Assembly (NCBI GenBank): GCA_014360195.1
Contig: JACIXY010000003.1
Coordinates: 83,692-147,691 of the forward strand
Source: Bacillota bacterium
GTDB taxonomy: Bacteria > Bacillota > SHA-98 > UBA4971
Reading direction: 5' to 3'
DNA length: 64,000 nucleotides
Shown: positions 1 to 12,375 of the stretch, in pieces
How the letters are laid out: each line of letters starts with the position of its first letter
Numbering within the stretch: position 1 is the stretch's first letter
Notes under the pieces: generated by a model
The model's input: only the letters and a program-made list of their open reading frames with translations
Told to the model about the DNA's origin: nothing
The model's database searches: none
Made by a program: the position numbers and the translations under genes

Positions 1-1234
1 TGTTCTTGCGAGCCTTCTTGATGATCCCGTCCATCCACGCCGCGACGTCCTGCCCCTCCACGCCCTCCGGATGAAGGAAGAGGAGTATCCCGCTGGCGTG
101 GCTGGTGAGTATGTGCTTTAGCCTGTTCCTGCGGCAAAAGTCGGCCAGGATGGTGGTGGCCTGAGCCTTGGCGAGCTGGCAGGCCCGTTCGTTTTCTGCT
201 ATGTTCTCGATCCTGCTGCTGGGCCGGACATCGAAAATGGCCGCAACATACTCAAGGCTAAGATCCCAGCCGAAGGTCCTGCCCCTCGCTATAAACCTCT
301 CCTGGTCCGGCCGGTCCGTGGAGAACAGCTGGTCCAGGAACTCGGTGCGATACTTCTGCTCCACCTGGACGAGGCCGTGGTGCCGAATAATGTCGAACGA
401 GATGAGCGGACACAGGCGCTCGAGGTTGAGAAGGTCGAGCACGGTGAAGCTGCTCTCGAACTTCACCGCCTTGATGGACCCGAACTGCTCATTTGCGCTC
501 GTCACAGGCACCCGTATGACCTCAGCCCTGTAGCTGTCTCCCTCGACCTGCTCGCGCTGGAACGACAGCACCGTACCCTCTATGCTGTCGGTGAATGTCT
601 CGGTCGCAAGAAGCTCACTGGGTCGGTCCAGAAGGGCGCGGGCGAGGCCGGCCGTCCCCTTGCCCCAGCACTCTCCAGCGAGCGCCCGGCGGAGATTGAG
701 GGAGTCCTCCACAAGCACGACGGCCTTGAGCAGGTCCGCGAGGGCGCTCGCGATCTCCTCAAGGCCGCCGCCTTCCACGATGAGGTCCATGAACTTCCGG
801 TGCACAGCCATGCCCAGTTGCACAAACCTGGCTTGGCGGTTCACGATCTGCGCCAGCACCGCCGAAATAAGTTCCGAGAAGCTCACCTCGAGCGGTAACT
901 CGAGAAGCGGCAACCCGTGCTCGTCCGCGGCGTCCACCATGTGAGCGGGCACGGTGTCTATGTAGCGCTTGGGCTTGAACGCCACTGCCGCGAGGCCCTT
1001 GGCTGCAAGCCTGGGAAGGAGCGTCTTCTGGGCTTCCACATCGTCCTTGATGGGGTAACCTGTAGTAAGGAGAAGGTCCCCTTCCCTGATCCATTCCAGG
1101 ATGTCCGGCACCTCCATAACATTGACGTTGGTTACGACGCGGCCGAGCCCCTGGCGCCCTCCTATCACCTTCGCGCTGGCAAACGCCGGGAGCGTGAGGA
1201 CCTCCTCCACGGTTATGCCAACCTCGTGCAACAT
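1..1234 (-). CDS. PucR-family transcriptional regulator, N-terminal part only; the C-terminal HTH lies beyond the window start
   Basis: Manual minus-strand translation from ATG at 1234 with RBS GCGAGGTG 8 nt upstream gives MLHEVGITVEEVLTLPAFASAKVIGG...LLLTTGYPIKDDVEAQKTLLPRLAAKGLAAVAFKPKRYI..., typical of PucR N-terminal domains. The ORF track misses it because the stop is outside the window. The plus-strand ORFs at 168-1375 are its R/H-rich antisense frames. Confidence 0.5.
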   Translation of the reverse strand, partial: MLHEVGITVEEVLTLPAFASAKVIGGRQGLGRVVTNVNVMEVPDILEWIREGDLLLTTGYPIKDDVEAQKTLLPRLAAKGLAAVAFKPKRYIDTVPAHMVDAADEHGLPLLELPLEVSFSELISAVLAQIVNRQARFVQLGMAVHRKFMDLIVEGGGLEEIASALADLLKAVVLVEDSLNLRRALAGECWGKGTAGLARALLDRPSELLATETFTDSIEGTVLSFQREQVEGDSYRAEVIRVPVTSANEQFGSIKAVKFESSFTVLDLLNLERLCPLISFDIIRHHGLVQVEQKYRTEFLDQLFSTDRPDQERFIARGRTFGWDLSLEYVAAIFDVRPSSRIENIAENERACQLAKAQATTILADFCRRNRLKHILTSHASGILLFLHPEGVEGQDVAAWMDGIIKKARKN

Positions 1235-1368
1235 GGCGCAAACACCTCGCAGAGCCTGTTTGTGTTCGGGTGGAGAGAATCCTGCGACGTCGTTCCTTCT
1301 GTGCTTGAGTATTTTAAGAACTTCGACACAGAGCGCTGCCTTTCCTCCGACGCGTCCCCAGTATCAGG

Positions 1369-1493
1369 TAAGTAAGGGTGCGTTAGTCTTTGTCCATCTT
1401 CCAGCCGTTGCCAGGTTGCCGGTGTTGCACTTTCTCTTTGGGTCACCGGCAACCCCTCCCAAGAGCCGGGAGCATTTCCGCACCCTCACTTAC
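1369..1493. repeat. MITE-like repeat copy A, short form
   Basis: TAAGTAAGGGTGCGTTAG...GGTTGCCGGTG-N18-CACCGGCAACCCCTCCCAAGAGCCGGGAGCATTTCCGCACCCTCACTTAC. It has terminal inverted repeats and an internal palindrome. Confidence 0.6.
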
Positions 1494-1629
1494 CAGGCCA
1501 TGCTCGACCGCAAGGAGGTACGGCCAAACCCACGAGGCTCGTCGCAAGTTGCCATAAAGCACGAGTCGAAACTTTATGAACTATATCCAAAGGACACACC
1601 AGGGACGCGAGTAATTAGTGTAATGAGAG

Positions 1630-1645
1630 TGTCGAAGTGTCGAAT
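1630..1645 (+). promoter_or_regulatory. Two tandem Spo0A-box-like heptamers (TGTCGAA GTGTCGAAT) just upstream of a TTGACA hexamer at about 1660
   Basis: Exact match to the 0A-box consensus TGTCGAA, twice, in the divergent PucR / 1727-operon intergenic region. spo0A is encoded in this window. Confidence 0.3.
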
Positions 1646-1726
1646 CAGGCCACCTCTGGTTGACATTGTTGGAGTCGAGTCGCGTTGCCGTAAGAAGCCA
1701 ATGACACGAGAAGGAGGATTCCAGGG

Positions 1727-2401
1727 ATGATCGTTGACAAGCTGGAGCAGTCCCTTCGCCCGCCCGAGACAAATATGCCCCCGTATCCGCCCAAGTACAT
1801 CACGCTTGCGTCCGGCGAGAAGATGGTGGTCCACCAGGCCAGCCGAGAAGATGTCCCGCGACTTCTCGAGGCCGTAAGGCCTCTCGTGACGGTTGAGAAG
1901 GACTTCTACGACATCGTGGCCGCCCGCCTTTACGCCGAACTCCTGGCCTATCAGCGCTATCGCGTTAAGGACGAGTACGTTCTGGTAGGCACCATCGACG
2001 GCGTCATCGTCGGCATCGTCAATGGTCGGATGGTCGACGACAAGGTCGGGATGTCCTATCATACCGTGGCCATCAAGCGGGGTCTTCGAATCGGAGCCCA
2101 GCTCTTCGCTGCCAAAATGGAATACCACATGGACTACCTGGGCCAGCAGGAAGTGCTCATCGTCGCGGAAAGCCCCATCGGGTATCGGCGGTGGATGATC
2201 GAGTATGAGCTCGAGAGCAGGCCCAGCACCTGGCACGAGCTTGGCGGCGTTCCAACGCACGTTCTCACGAAGGCCCTCTGGGAAAAGCACAAGCCCATGA
2301 AGTGCACGGGCCGTCGCCCTGTGCCTCCCGAGATGCTTGAGGTCGCGAAGAAGCTGATTCTGCCCTCCGAGTATCCTCAGATTCCAGGCTTCAAGCGCTA
2401 A
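1727..2401 (+). CDS. Hypothetical protein with a possible GNAT-like fold (RGLRIGAQL motif-A-like segment)
   Basis: ATG with RBS GAAGGAGGA 8 nt upstream. Sits upstream of the thiolase/DUF35 pair. The function call is weak. Confidence 0.4.
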   Translation: MIVDKLEQSLRPPETNMPPYPPKYITLASGEKMVVHQASREDVPRLLEAVRPLVTVEKDFYDIVAARLYAELLAYQRYRVKDEYVLVGTIDGVIVGIVNGRMVDDKVGMSYHTVAIKRGLRIGAQLFAAKMEYHMDYLGQQEVLIVAESPIGYRRWMIEYELESRPSTWHELGGVPTHVLTKALWEKHKPMKCTGRRPVPPEMLEVAKKLILPSEYPQIPGFKR

Positions 2402-2414
2402 GAAAGGTGGGATC

Positions 2415-3608
2415 GTGGTGAGGAAGGTTGGAATCGCCGGGGTAGGCCACACGAAGTTCGGGCGCTCCGAGGTCTCCCTCGTCGACATGCTTGCCCTCGC
2501 CGCCCTGGAGGCGCTCGACGACGCGGGGATCAGGACAGGAAGGAGACACGGCGTGGACCAGGTGTTCGTGGCGTCGATGGGTGCCGGGATCCTTAACCGC
2601 CAGAGCAGCGTCGCGTCGGCCCTCGTGGACACCCTCAACCTACAGCCTGCAATGGCCGAGACCGTCGAGAACGGCCCTGCTTCCGGCGCGTCCGCCGTGA
2701 AGCTGGGGTACATGGCCATCGCAAGCGGCATGTGTGACGTAGCTCTGGTGGTCGGCGGCGAGCTCATGCGAGTTGTGACCGGCTGGGAGGCCACCGACTT
2801 CGTCGCCACAATGCTTCACCCTGACGCAGAGTACGCGTATGGCCTTACGCTCCCTGCTTTCGCGGGCATGTTCACCAGGCTCTACATGGACAAGTACGGC
2901 GTGACGGAGAAGGACCTCGCCATGGTCGCGGTGAAAAACCACGAGCACGCCATGCACAACCCGGTGGCCCATATACAGCTCGTTCCAAGCTTCCATGCGA
3001 TCATCGAGGACGAGGACGCCCCCGTCATCAACCCGTATGTCGCGGAGCCCCTCCGTGTGTATGACGTGTGCCCGGTCTCCGACGGCGCAGCCGCCGTGGT
3101 GCTATGCGCCATGGACCTTGCAGACCGGTTCCGGAAGAAGCCCGTCAGGATCGCCGGGATCGGCCAAGCTACCGACACTCACGTGGTGGCGGAGCGCGAG
3201 GTTCCTACGGACCTGCTTGCGGTGCGCCTCGCTGCCCAACGCGCATACGCCATGGCTGGCCTCAAGCCCGAAGATATCGACGTGGCAGAGCTGCATGACG
3301 CCTTTACAATACTCGAAATAGCCATATCAGAAGAGGCCGGCCTCTTCCCGAAAGGCGAAGGTCATCTCGCGGTTCGGCGCGGCGAGACCCGTGTGGGCGG
3401 GAGGATCCCCATCAACACCTCGGGTGGGCTCAAGGCCAAAGGGCATCCGCTGGGAGCAACAGGTGTCTCGCAGATCGTAGAACTCGTGCGCCAGCTCCGT
3501 GGGGAAGCAGGCGGCCGGCAGGTCGAGGGCGCAAGGCACGGCCTCGCCGTCAACTTCGGCGGCTTCGGGAACAACGTGGTCGCCACGATTCTGTCGAAGG
3601 AGGAGTGA
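2415..3608 (+). CDS. Thiolase-like protein (SCP-x/nonspecific thiolase type, partner of a DUF35 protein)
   Basis: N-terminus VRKVGIAGVGHTKFGR plus thiolase-fold motifs. The stop is 8 nt before the DUF35 gene. Confidence 0.75.
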   Translation: MVRKVGIAGVGHTKFGRSEVSLVDMLALAALEALDDAGIRTGRRHGVDQVFVASMGAGILNRQSSVASALVDTLNLQPAMAETVENGPASGASAVKLGYMAIASGMCDVALVVGGELMRVVTGWEATDFVATMLHPDAEYAYGLTLPAFAGMFTRLYMDKYGVTEKDLAMVAVKNHEHAMHNPVAHIQLVPSFHAIIEDEDAPVINPYVAEPLRVYDVCPVSDGAAAVVLCAMDLADRFRKKPVRIAGIGQATDTHVVAEREVPTDLLAVRLAAQRAYAMAGLKPEDIDVAELHDAFTILEIAISEEAGLFPKGEGHLAVRRGETRVGGRIPINTSGGLKAKGHPLGATGVSQIVELVRQLRGEAGGRQVEGARHGLAVNFGGFGNNVVATILSKEE

Positions 3609-3615
3609 GCAAGCC

Positions 3616-3963
3616 ATGGAGCCAGGCATGTACGCGTACAGGTGCACGGCGTGCGGGAAGCTGTTCCACCCCGCGCGGGCAGTCTGCCGAGAATGTGGCG
3701 GTCGCGAGTTCGAGGCCGTTCCCCTTGAGGGCGAGGGCACGCTCCTCACATACACAAGGGTGTACGCCCTGCCCGAGGGCTACATGAAGCCGTGGCTTGG
3801 ATTCGGCATCGTGGAGTTCCCGAACGGCGTCCGCGTCTCCGGCCAGATGAACACAGAGGACCTCGCTGTTGGGATGAAGGTCAGGGCAACGGTGGGCACG
3901 GTCAAAGAGGGCGTTGGCAGAGACTACTACGGTTTCATCTTCGAGAAAGCGGCCCAAGCGTAA
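3616..3963 (+). CDS. DUF35 Zn-ribbon/OB-fold protein (thiolase-associated)
   Basis: CTACGKLFHPARAVCRECGG zinc ribbon followed by an OB-fold segment. Classic pairing with a thiolase. Confidence 0.7.
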   Translation: MEPGMYAYRCTACGKLFHPARAVCRECGGREFEAVPLEGEGTLLTYTRVYALPEGYMKPWLGFGIVEFPNGVRVSGQMNTEDLAVGMKVRATVGTVKEGVGRDYYGFIFEKAAQA

Positions 3964-3989
3964 ACAGGATACCCGCCACCTTGGTGAGC

Positions 3990-4102
3990 GTTCATAAGTT
4001 CGTCCACTTCCACTGCGTCTAGTGGGTTGCCGGTGTCGGACTCTCTCTTTGAGTCACCGGCAACCCGTCCCAAAGTTGGGAGGATCTTTGCACCATCACA
4101 TA
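3990..4102. repeat. MITE-like repeat copy B (degenerate left end)
   Basis: GGGTTGCCGGTG...CACCGGCAACCCGTCCCAAAGTTGGGAGGATCTTTGCACCATCACATAG. Confidence 0.5.
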
Positions 4103-4247
4103 GAGGTACGGCGCCTGGAGGAGAATGTCTTGACGAAACTCGCCCGCAGGTAAGCAGCGGAGTTCCAACGGCCCAATGTACGAACGCCGACACCCCGCCA
4201 AGAAATCCCGCGCGCCGAAAACACTTCTCACGCGCGCCACACCATAG

Positions 4248-4703
<456 letters not shown>

Positions 4704-4732
4704 CTTTCTCCGGTCGACCTTGGGGGGTTCTC

Positions 4733-5248
4733 ATGCGCCTCGACTACACGTACATCTTCCAGATACTCAACTTCATCGTCTTGTTTCTCCTCCTTCGCCG
4801 TTACCTCTTCGGTCCCGTGAAAGCGTACCTGGAACGGCGGGAACAGTATATCCGCGAGCGGATTTCAGCAGCGGAGAACGACAGAGAGCACGCCGCAAGG
4901 CTCAAGGAAGAGCTCGAATCCGAGATTTCCCAGGCCCGGGCGAAGGCGAGCGAAATCACGGAGGAAGCCAGGCGCGCGTCCGACCAGATCCGGGCCGATG
5001 CCCGCAAGCTGGCCGCCGAGGAAGCCTCGCGCATCGTGGCCCGTGCCCGTGAAGAGCTTGCCCGCGAGAAGGAGCGGGCTTTCCAGGAGATCCGCAAGCA
5101 GGTGGTGGACCTCTCGGTCGCCGTCGCATCGCAAGCGATCCGGGACGCACTCGACCCAGAGACGCTGCGTCAGGTTGCGTCCATGGCCGCGCGCGACATC
5201 GTCGAGGCGAAACTCGGAGGCAAGGTTTACGGAGGCAAGGTCTCATGA
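4733..5248 (+). CDS. atpF: F0 ATP synthase subunit b
   Basis: N-terminal TM helix followed by a long charged coiled coil, in operon position. ATG at 4733. Confidence 0.8.
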   Translation: MRLDYTYIFQILNFIVLFLLLRRYLFGPVKAYLERREQYIRERISAAENDREHAARLKEELESEISQARAKASEITEEARRASDQIRADARKLAAEEASRIVARAREELAREKERAFQEIRKQVVDLSVAVASQAIRDALDPETLRQVASMAARDIVEAKLGGKVYGGKVS

Positions 5249-5904
5249 CCGCTCTCGATCCTGGCACGCTCGCGAAAGCCCTGCTCTCTATAGCGAGGGA
5301 ACGCCTTGATCCCCAGACTGTCGCAGACGAGCTGGCAGAGGTCACGAGAATCCTCGCGTCAGTGCCGCTTCTCAAGCGAACTCTAGCTGACCCCGGTATT
5401 CGTGCCGAGGAGAGGCGATCCGTTGTCTCGGATGCCCTGGGCAACTTCCTCTCACCCGTCACCCTCGGCCTCCTTGACCTGCTCATAGACGAAAACCAGG
5501 TAGACACGGTCAGCGCGGTGGCCGACGTGTACCGGAGGCTCCTCGACGAAGACAGGGGAATAGTGCGCGCACGTGTGACGAGCGCGGTCAAGCTTTCGCC
5601 GGTCGACGTAGAAGCGCTCCGGGCGGGCCTTGCCAAGAAGCTCGGCGGCCACGTCGTCATCGAGCAGGAGGTGGATCCAGGGATCCTGGGCGGCCTTATA
5701 GTGCAGGTGGGAGATACCGTGTTCGACGGTAGCATCGCCGGCCGCATCCGCAAGCTGCGTGAGGAGCTCGAGACCCCTCCCCCCGCAAGTGGTGAACCAT
5801 CGCCAGCCCCCGGAACCGGAACAGCCCCCGGAACCGGAACAGCCCCCGGAACCGGAACACCGCCGACGCCGGCAGGGCCATCTGCAGTACCACCGGGAGA
5901 GTGA
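5245..5904 (+). CDS. atpH: F1 ATP synthase delta subunit with a C-terminal Pro/Gly/Thr-rich extension
   Basis: OSCP-like sequence in operon position. The tail is [18 protein letters not shown], encoded by 3 x 18-bp tandem repeats at about 5806-5860. Confidence 0.8.
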   Translation: MTALDPGTLAKALLSIARERLDPQTVADELAEVTRILASVPLLKRTLADPGIRAEERRSVVSDALGNFLSPVTLGLLDLLIDENQVDTVSAVADVYRRLLDEDRGIVRARVTSAVKLSPVDVEALRAGLAKKLGGHVVIEQEVDPGILGGLIVQVGDTVFDGSIAGRIRKLREELETPPPASGEPSPAPGTGTAPGTGTAPGTGTPPTPAGPSAVPPGE

Positions 5905-7496
5905 CGTGCTTGGAACTTTCGCCTGAGGCTGTGGCATCAGCGATACGGGCCCGCCTCGCCGAGATACGCCCCGGGATCGACGTGTACACCCAGGGAACGG
6001 TGATCGAGGTAGGCGACGGGATCGCACGTCTTTCCGGGCTCCGGGGCGCCATGATGGGCGAGCTTGTGGACTTTCCGCACGGGGCGGTGGGGATAATCCT
6101 CAACCTCGAGGAAGACACGGTTGGAGTTGCCCTCCTGGGTTCCGACGTGGACGTCAAAGAGGGCGACACGGTGCGCGGCACCGGCCGGGTCATCGAGGTA
6201 CCCGTCGGGACCGCCGTGGTGGGCAGAGTGGTGAACGCCCTCGGATTGCCTATCGATGGAAAGGGCCCGATCAACGCCCCGACTCGCCGACCCATAGAGC
6301 ACCCGGCCCCCGGCATCGCCGTGCGCACGCCCGTGTCAGAGCCCCTCCAGACAGGGATCCTCGCCATTGATTCCATGATCCCCATCGGGCGCGGTCAGAG
6401 GGAGCTCATCATAGGCGACAGGCAGACCGGGAAGACGGCCATCGCCGTCGATACCATCCTGAACCAGCGGGGCAAGGACATCATCTGCATATACGTGGCG
6501 ATCGGACAAAAACGCTCCACCATCGCAAAGCTGGTCAAACTCTTCGAGGAGGAGGGGGCTATGGACTACACGACCGTGGTGGCGGCTTCCGCGAGCGAGC
6601 TTGCGCCGCTGCAGTACATCGCACCGTACGCCGGCTGCGCCATGGCCGAAGAGTTCATGTACACCGGTCGCCACGCGCTTATTGTATACGACGACCTCTC
6701 TAAACACGCCATAGCGTACAGGGCCACGTCCCTTCTTCTCAGGCGACCGCCAGGGCGGGAAGCCTTCCCCGGTGACGTCTTCTATCTCCACTCGCGGCTC
6801 CTCGAGCGTTCAGCAAAGCTGGCGCCCGCGCTTGGCGGCGGCTCCATGACAGCCCTCCCAATAGTCGAGACGCTCGCGGGCGACGTGTCGGCCTACATAC
6901 CAACCAACGTCATCTCCATCACCGACGGCCAGATATACCTCGAAAGCGAGCTTTTCTTCTCAGGGGTGAGGCCCGCGGTCAACGTGGGGCTCTCCGTGTC
7001 GCGCGTCGGAGGCGAAGCCCAGTTACCCGCGATGAAGAAGGTCGCCGGAAGGTTGCGCCTCGACCTCGCCCAGTACCGGGAGCTTGCCGAGTTCGCGCAG
7101 TTCGGCACGGAGCTTGACCCTGAGACCAGAGCCAGGCTGGAGAAGGGAAAGCGCATCGTGGAGGTACTGAAGCAGCCGCAGTACCAGCCAATGCCCGTGG
7201 AGGACCAGGTGATGCTCATATTCGCCGTGGTACGCCGCCACCTCGATGACGTGCCAGTGGAAGCCATTGCGTCTTTCAAGACCGAATTCATCGAGCACAT
7301 GCACCGGGCGCACCCGGAGATAGCCCAGGCTATCGCCTCAGGGAAGGACTTCGATGACGATCTCGAGGCGCGTCTTACGTCGGCAATAAGGGAGTTCAAG
7401 GAAGTATTCACGCCGAAAGGCGTGGAGGGGCCCGTCGAAACCTCCCCCAGGAAAGCTCAAGGCGCCATAGAAAGCCAGGTCATCGAGGGAGCGTGA
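5901..7496 (+). CDS. atpA: F1 ATP synthase alpha subunit
   Basis: [18 protein letters not shown] Walker A. GTG start overlaps the atpH stop. Confidence 0.9.
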   Translation: MTCLELSPEAVASAIRARLAEIRPGIDVYTQGTVIEVGDGIARLSGLRGAMMGELVDFPHGAVGIILNLEEDTVGVALLGSDVDVKEGDTVRGTGRVIEVPVGTAVVGRVVNALGLPIDGKGPINAPTRRPIEHPAPGIAVRTPVSEPLQTGILAIDSMIPIGRGQRELIIGDRQTGKTAIAVDTILNQRGKDIICIYVAIGQKRSTIAKLVKLFEEEGAMDYTTVVAASASELAPLQYIAPYAGCAMAEEFMYTGRHALIVYDDLSKHAIAYRATSLLLRRPPGREAFPGDVFYLHSRLLERSAKLAPALGGGSMTALPIVETLAGDVSAYIPTNVISITDGQIYLESELFFSGVRPAVNVGLSVSRVGGEAQLPAMKKVAGRLRLDLAQYRELAEFAQFGTELDPETRARLEKGKRIVEVLKQPQYQPMPVEDQVMLIFAVVRRHLDDVPVEAIASFKTEFIEHMHRAHPEIAQAIASGKDFDDDLEARLTSAIREFKEVFTPKGVEGPVETSPRKAQGAIESQVIEGA

Positions 7497-7505
7497 CCAG
7501 GCCGC

Positions 7506-8462
7506 ATGGAGGAGCTTCGCGACCTTCGCCGCAGGATACGCAGCGTCCGGAGCACACAGCAGATCACCCGCGCCATGTCTCTCGTGGCTTCCACGCGGCT
7601 GCGCCGGATCGAGAGGTTTGTCGAACCCGCTCGCACTTATGCCGAGACCCTCCGGCGCATCGTCCTTGACATCGCCGCGAGAACCCCGCCGTGGGCTCAT
7701 CCGCTCCTCAAGCCGAAGGAGGCGGTGACCCGGGCATATCTCGTCATAACTTCCGATAGGGGTCTTGCGGGCGGCTACAACGCGGAGATCCTGCGGCGAG
7801 CAACTGACCTCCTCGGAGCAGCGAACCTCATACCAGGCCACGTGGTGGTGGTAGCCGGCAGGAAGGGCCGGGACTTCTTCCGGAGGCGGGGCCCACGACC
7901 GGTCAGGGAGTACGTCCACCTCCCCGACACTCCTGACGAAGCGCTCGCCCGGCACATCTCCGAGGGCCTGCTCGCGGATTATTTCGAAGGCCGGATAGAC
8001 TCAGTGCACATGGTATTCGCGAGGTTCGTGTCCCGGGGTTCGTACCAGCCCGACGTCGTGCAATTGCTGCCTGTAGAGGGGGCACAACACGCCGGCTACC
8101 AGGACCAGACCCGGATCCCCGTCACCCACAACGAAGGCGACCGGAATGAGGTGATTGGCCGGAACAACGGCACCCGTGACAGGGAAAGGCCGAACGGCCC
8201 GCACCTGCCTTTTACGTATGAGCCTTCGCCCGAGTCCGTCCTCGACAGGCTCTTCCCCCACTATCTAGTGTCCGCGGTGTACGCAGCGCTCGTGGAGGCC
8301 AAGGCCAGCGAGCTTGCGGCGAGGACCATCGCTATGGACTCGGCCACCGACAACGCGGGGGAGCTTATAGAGAGGCTCACGCTCACCTATAACCGGGCGA
8401 GGCAGGCCGAGATCACGCAGGAGATCTCGGAGATCGCCACCGGCGCGGAGAGCCTCCGCTGA
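7506..8462 (+). CDS. atpG: F1 ATP synthase gamma subunit (with about 40-aa insertion)
   Basis: RIRSVRSTQQITRAMSLVASTRL N-terminus and the canonical C-terminus. Confidence 0.9.
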   Translation: MEELRDLRRRIRSVRSTQQITRAMSLVASTRLRRIERFVEPARTYAETLRRIVLDIAARTPPWAHPLLKPKEAVTRAYLVITSDRGLAGGYNAEILRRATDLLGAANLIPGHVVVVAGRKGRDFFRRRGPRPVREYVHLPDTPDEALARHISEGLLADYFEGRIDSVHMVFARFVSRGSYQPDVVQLLPVEGAQHAGYQDQTRIPVTHNEGDRNEVIGRNNGTRDRERPNGPHLPFTYEPSPESVLDRLFPHYLVSAVYAALVEAKASELAARTIAMDSATDNAGELIERLTLTYNRARQAEITQEISEIATGAESLR

Positions 8463-8506
8463 GCGCCGCCTCTGAGGCCGCACTGGTTTCCCCGTGCAGT
8501 CCGTGA

Positions 8507-10264
<1,758 letters not shown>

Positions 10265-10297
10265 AAGCGCGATCATGCACGCGATCATGGAGGTGAG

Positions 10298-10564
10298 ATG
10301 GTGAGCGACTTCGCATTGCGCATTCTCACGCGACAAGAGACGGTCCTGGCAACCCGGGTGACCTCAGTCTTGATTCCAGGCTCCGAAGGGGACTTCCAGG
10401 TCCTCGGCAACCACGCACCAATCGTGTCGGCCCTCCGCCCAGGGAGAATCGTCGCGGCCTGCAACGGGGAGCAGAAAGATGTCGAGGTGACCGGGGGCTT
10501 CGTCGTCGTCACGCCCGACCACGTCGATGTGCTCGTGGACCTCGCCGACCTCACGCCTGGATGA
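10298..10564 (+). CDS. atpC: F1 ATP synthase epsilon subunit, short form lacking the C-terminal helical domain
   Basis: 88-aa beta-sandwich-only epsilon. The stop overlaps the convergent GGDEF gene by 14 bp. Confidence 0.8.
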   Translation: MVSDFALRILTRQETVLATRVTSVLIPGSEGDFQVLGNHAPIVSALRPGRIVAACNGEQKDVEVTGGFVVVTPDHVDVLVDLADLTPG

Positions 10565-12320
10565 CGCGGTTCCGCCCCTCCCTCTTTCCACGGTAACATG
10601 CCATGTCCGCAAGGTATATGAGGTCCTTCTGGGTTCTGGCGTCCGTGGGATACGTGGCAACCCCCACCGTGACGGTGACGCGCCCGCTTGGTATCTGGTC
10701 CTCGTTAGGGAACGGGTATGCCTCTATTCTCGCCCTGATCTTCTCAGCCACCTTGAGCGCGTGCGCCTTCTGCGCCTCCAGGAGTATGACCACGAACTCT
10801 TCCCCGCCATACCTTGCCACAATGTCGGTCGAACGAACGGACCTCGTGAGGAGCCTCGCCACAGCTTTCAGCGCGGCATCGCCTGCCGGATGCCCCAGCA
10901 CGTCGTTATACTGCTTGAAATCGTCGATGTCGATCATCAGCAGAGATAGATAGCGTCCGTAGCGCTCGCACCTCGCCAGCTCCTCCGCAAGTCTCTCCTG
11001 GAAATGCCTGTGGTTGAAAAGCCCTGTGACCGAGTCTGTGATGGCCAGCCTCTCGGCTATCCGATGTAGCCGCGTCACTTCGGCAAGCTGCCTGTCGAGC
11101 TTGGCGTTGACCCGCCTGAGCTCCGCCTCGCTCTTTTCGAGCAACTCGTTCTTCACCTTAAGCTCGCGGTACAGCCTCGCGTTCTCTATGGCGATAGCCG
11201 CCTGCGTGCCGATGGTGCACATGATCCGCACGTGGTCTTCCTCGAAACGCTGGGTGTAGCTCTGTACCGACATCACTCCGATGACCCTGTTCTGCACCGA
11301 AAGCGGCACTGCGATCACCGATAGCGGCTTATCTCCCAGTGTGATGGCCTCAGCAGGCACGTGCTTCATGTCCCTGGCCGAATCCCTTATGAAGAGGGGC
11401 TTGCCCGACTTTATCACCCACTCGGTGAGACCCTTCCCGGTGGGATAGGGCCGTGTGAAACTGGCCACGCGCACGCCATGGTCCACGACCATCTCGAACC
11501 TGATCTCGGAAGCCTGTTCGTCAAAGAGGGCCACGAAGAACGATTCGTTGCCGATGATCGCCGCCACCTGCTCGTACATGACCTCGAGCAGCGCCGGAAA
11601 GTCAAGCACGGAGGTGGTCGCTACCGCCACTTTGTATATGCTCATCATCTCAGCAGCAAACCGGCGGGCCTCCTCGGTCTGGCGGCGCAGCTCCTCCTCA
11701 AGCTGCCTCCTCTGGGTCATGTCGCGCACTACGCCCTGAATCCCCACGGGGGCGCCTTCCTTCCGGATGACGCTCGTGTTGATCTGGCAGTATACGGACT
11801 TGCCACCGCATCCCGCTAGCTCCACGTCGAGCATCTGGCAATCACGGGACATGCTGCCCGGCGAGAGGGCCGCGGCGACCTCATCGTGGCTCGTGTCGGC
11901 CACCACCTCGAAGATCCTCCGGCCTACTAGCTCGTGAGCACCGCACCCGAGCATCGCCGCAAAGGGCTCGTTTACATACGTGATCGTGCCGTCGAGATCG
12001 GCGACGAACATCCCGTCGCTCGCGTTCTCAATGAGCTGCCGGTACTTGGCTTCCGATTCGGAGAGGTCCCTGATGGTGGCCCTCACCTTCCTGCTGAGGG
12101 CCCTGTTGGCCGCAACCGTGGCGACGATGACGAAAAGGAGCGCCCCGAGGACCGTCAGAGCCATGAAGTGAGCCATGGACATCTGCTGCTGACTCGCGAA
12201 AAGCGGGCCTTCGATCGGCAGAGCAAAAGCCATGCCGAAAGCGGAAGCGGAGCAGCCTGCGACCGCCCCCGGGCAGGGAAATGGACGCACCCATCCTGTG
12301 GCTGATCCCGGCATCATCCC
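10551..12320 (-). CDS. Membrane-anchored PAS-GAF-GGDEF diguanylate cyclase
   Basis: GGEEF active site, RYGGEEF, and PAS and GAF segments. ATG at 12320 with RBS GGAGGAGGTG 4 nt upstream. Confidence 0.8.
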   Translation of the reverse strand, partial: GMMPGSATGWVRPFPCPGAVAGCSASAFGMAFALPIEGPLFASQQQMSMAHFMALTVLGALLFVIVATVAANRALSRKVRATIRDLSESEAKYRQLIENASDGMFVADLDGTITYVNEPFAAMLGCGAHELVGRRIFEVVADTSHDEVAAALSPGSMSRDCQMLDVELAGCGGKSVYCQINTSVIRKEGAPVGIQGVVRDMTQRRQLEEELRRQTEEARRFAAEMMSIYKVAVATTSVLDFPALLEVMYEQVAAIIGNESFFVALFDEQASEIRFEMVVDHGVRVASFTRPYPTGKGLTEWVIKSGKPLFIRDSARDMKHVPAEAITLGDKPLSVIAVPLSVQNRVIGVMSVQSYTQRFEEDHVRIMCTIGTQAAIAIENARLYRELKVKNELLEKSEAELRRVNAKLDRQLAEVTRLHRIAERLAITDSVTGLFNHRHFQERLAEELARCERYGRYLSLLMIDIDDFKQYNDVLGHPAGDAALKAVARLLTRSVRSTDIVARYGGEEFVVILLEAQKAHALKVAEKIRARIEAYPFPNEDQIPSGRVTVTVGVATYPTDARTQKDLIYLADMACYRGKREGRNRVIQA

Positions 12321-12375
12321 CACCTCCTCCGTGGCCCTCGAGGCCCGCAAGATCCTTCGAAAGCCGTGCTACCCC

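Noticed and set aside
168-1375. Several plus-strand ORFs (168-533, 377-898, 582-944, 917-1375)
   Set aside because: They are antisense shadow frames of the PucR-family regulator on the minus strand and are R/H/P-rich.
1574-2809. 411-aa minus-strand ORF
   Set aside because: It is antisense to the GNAT-like and thiolase genes. It is Arg/Pro-rich and has no recognisable domain, as expected for a high-GC shadow ORF.
5452-6027. Minus-strand ORF with a GGCSGSGG repeat
   Set aside because: It is the antisense reading of the atpH APGTGT tandem repeat.
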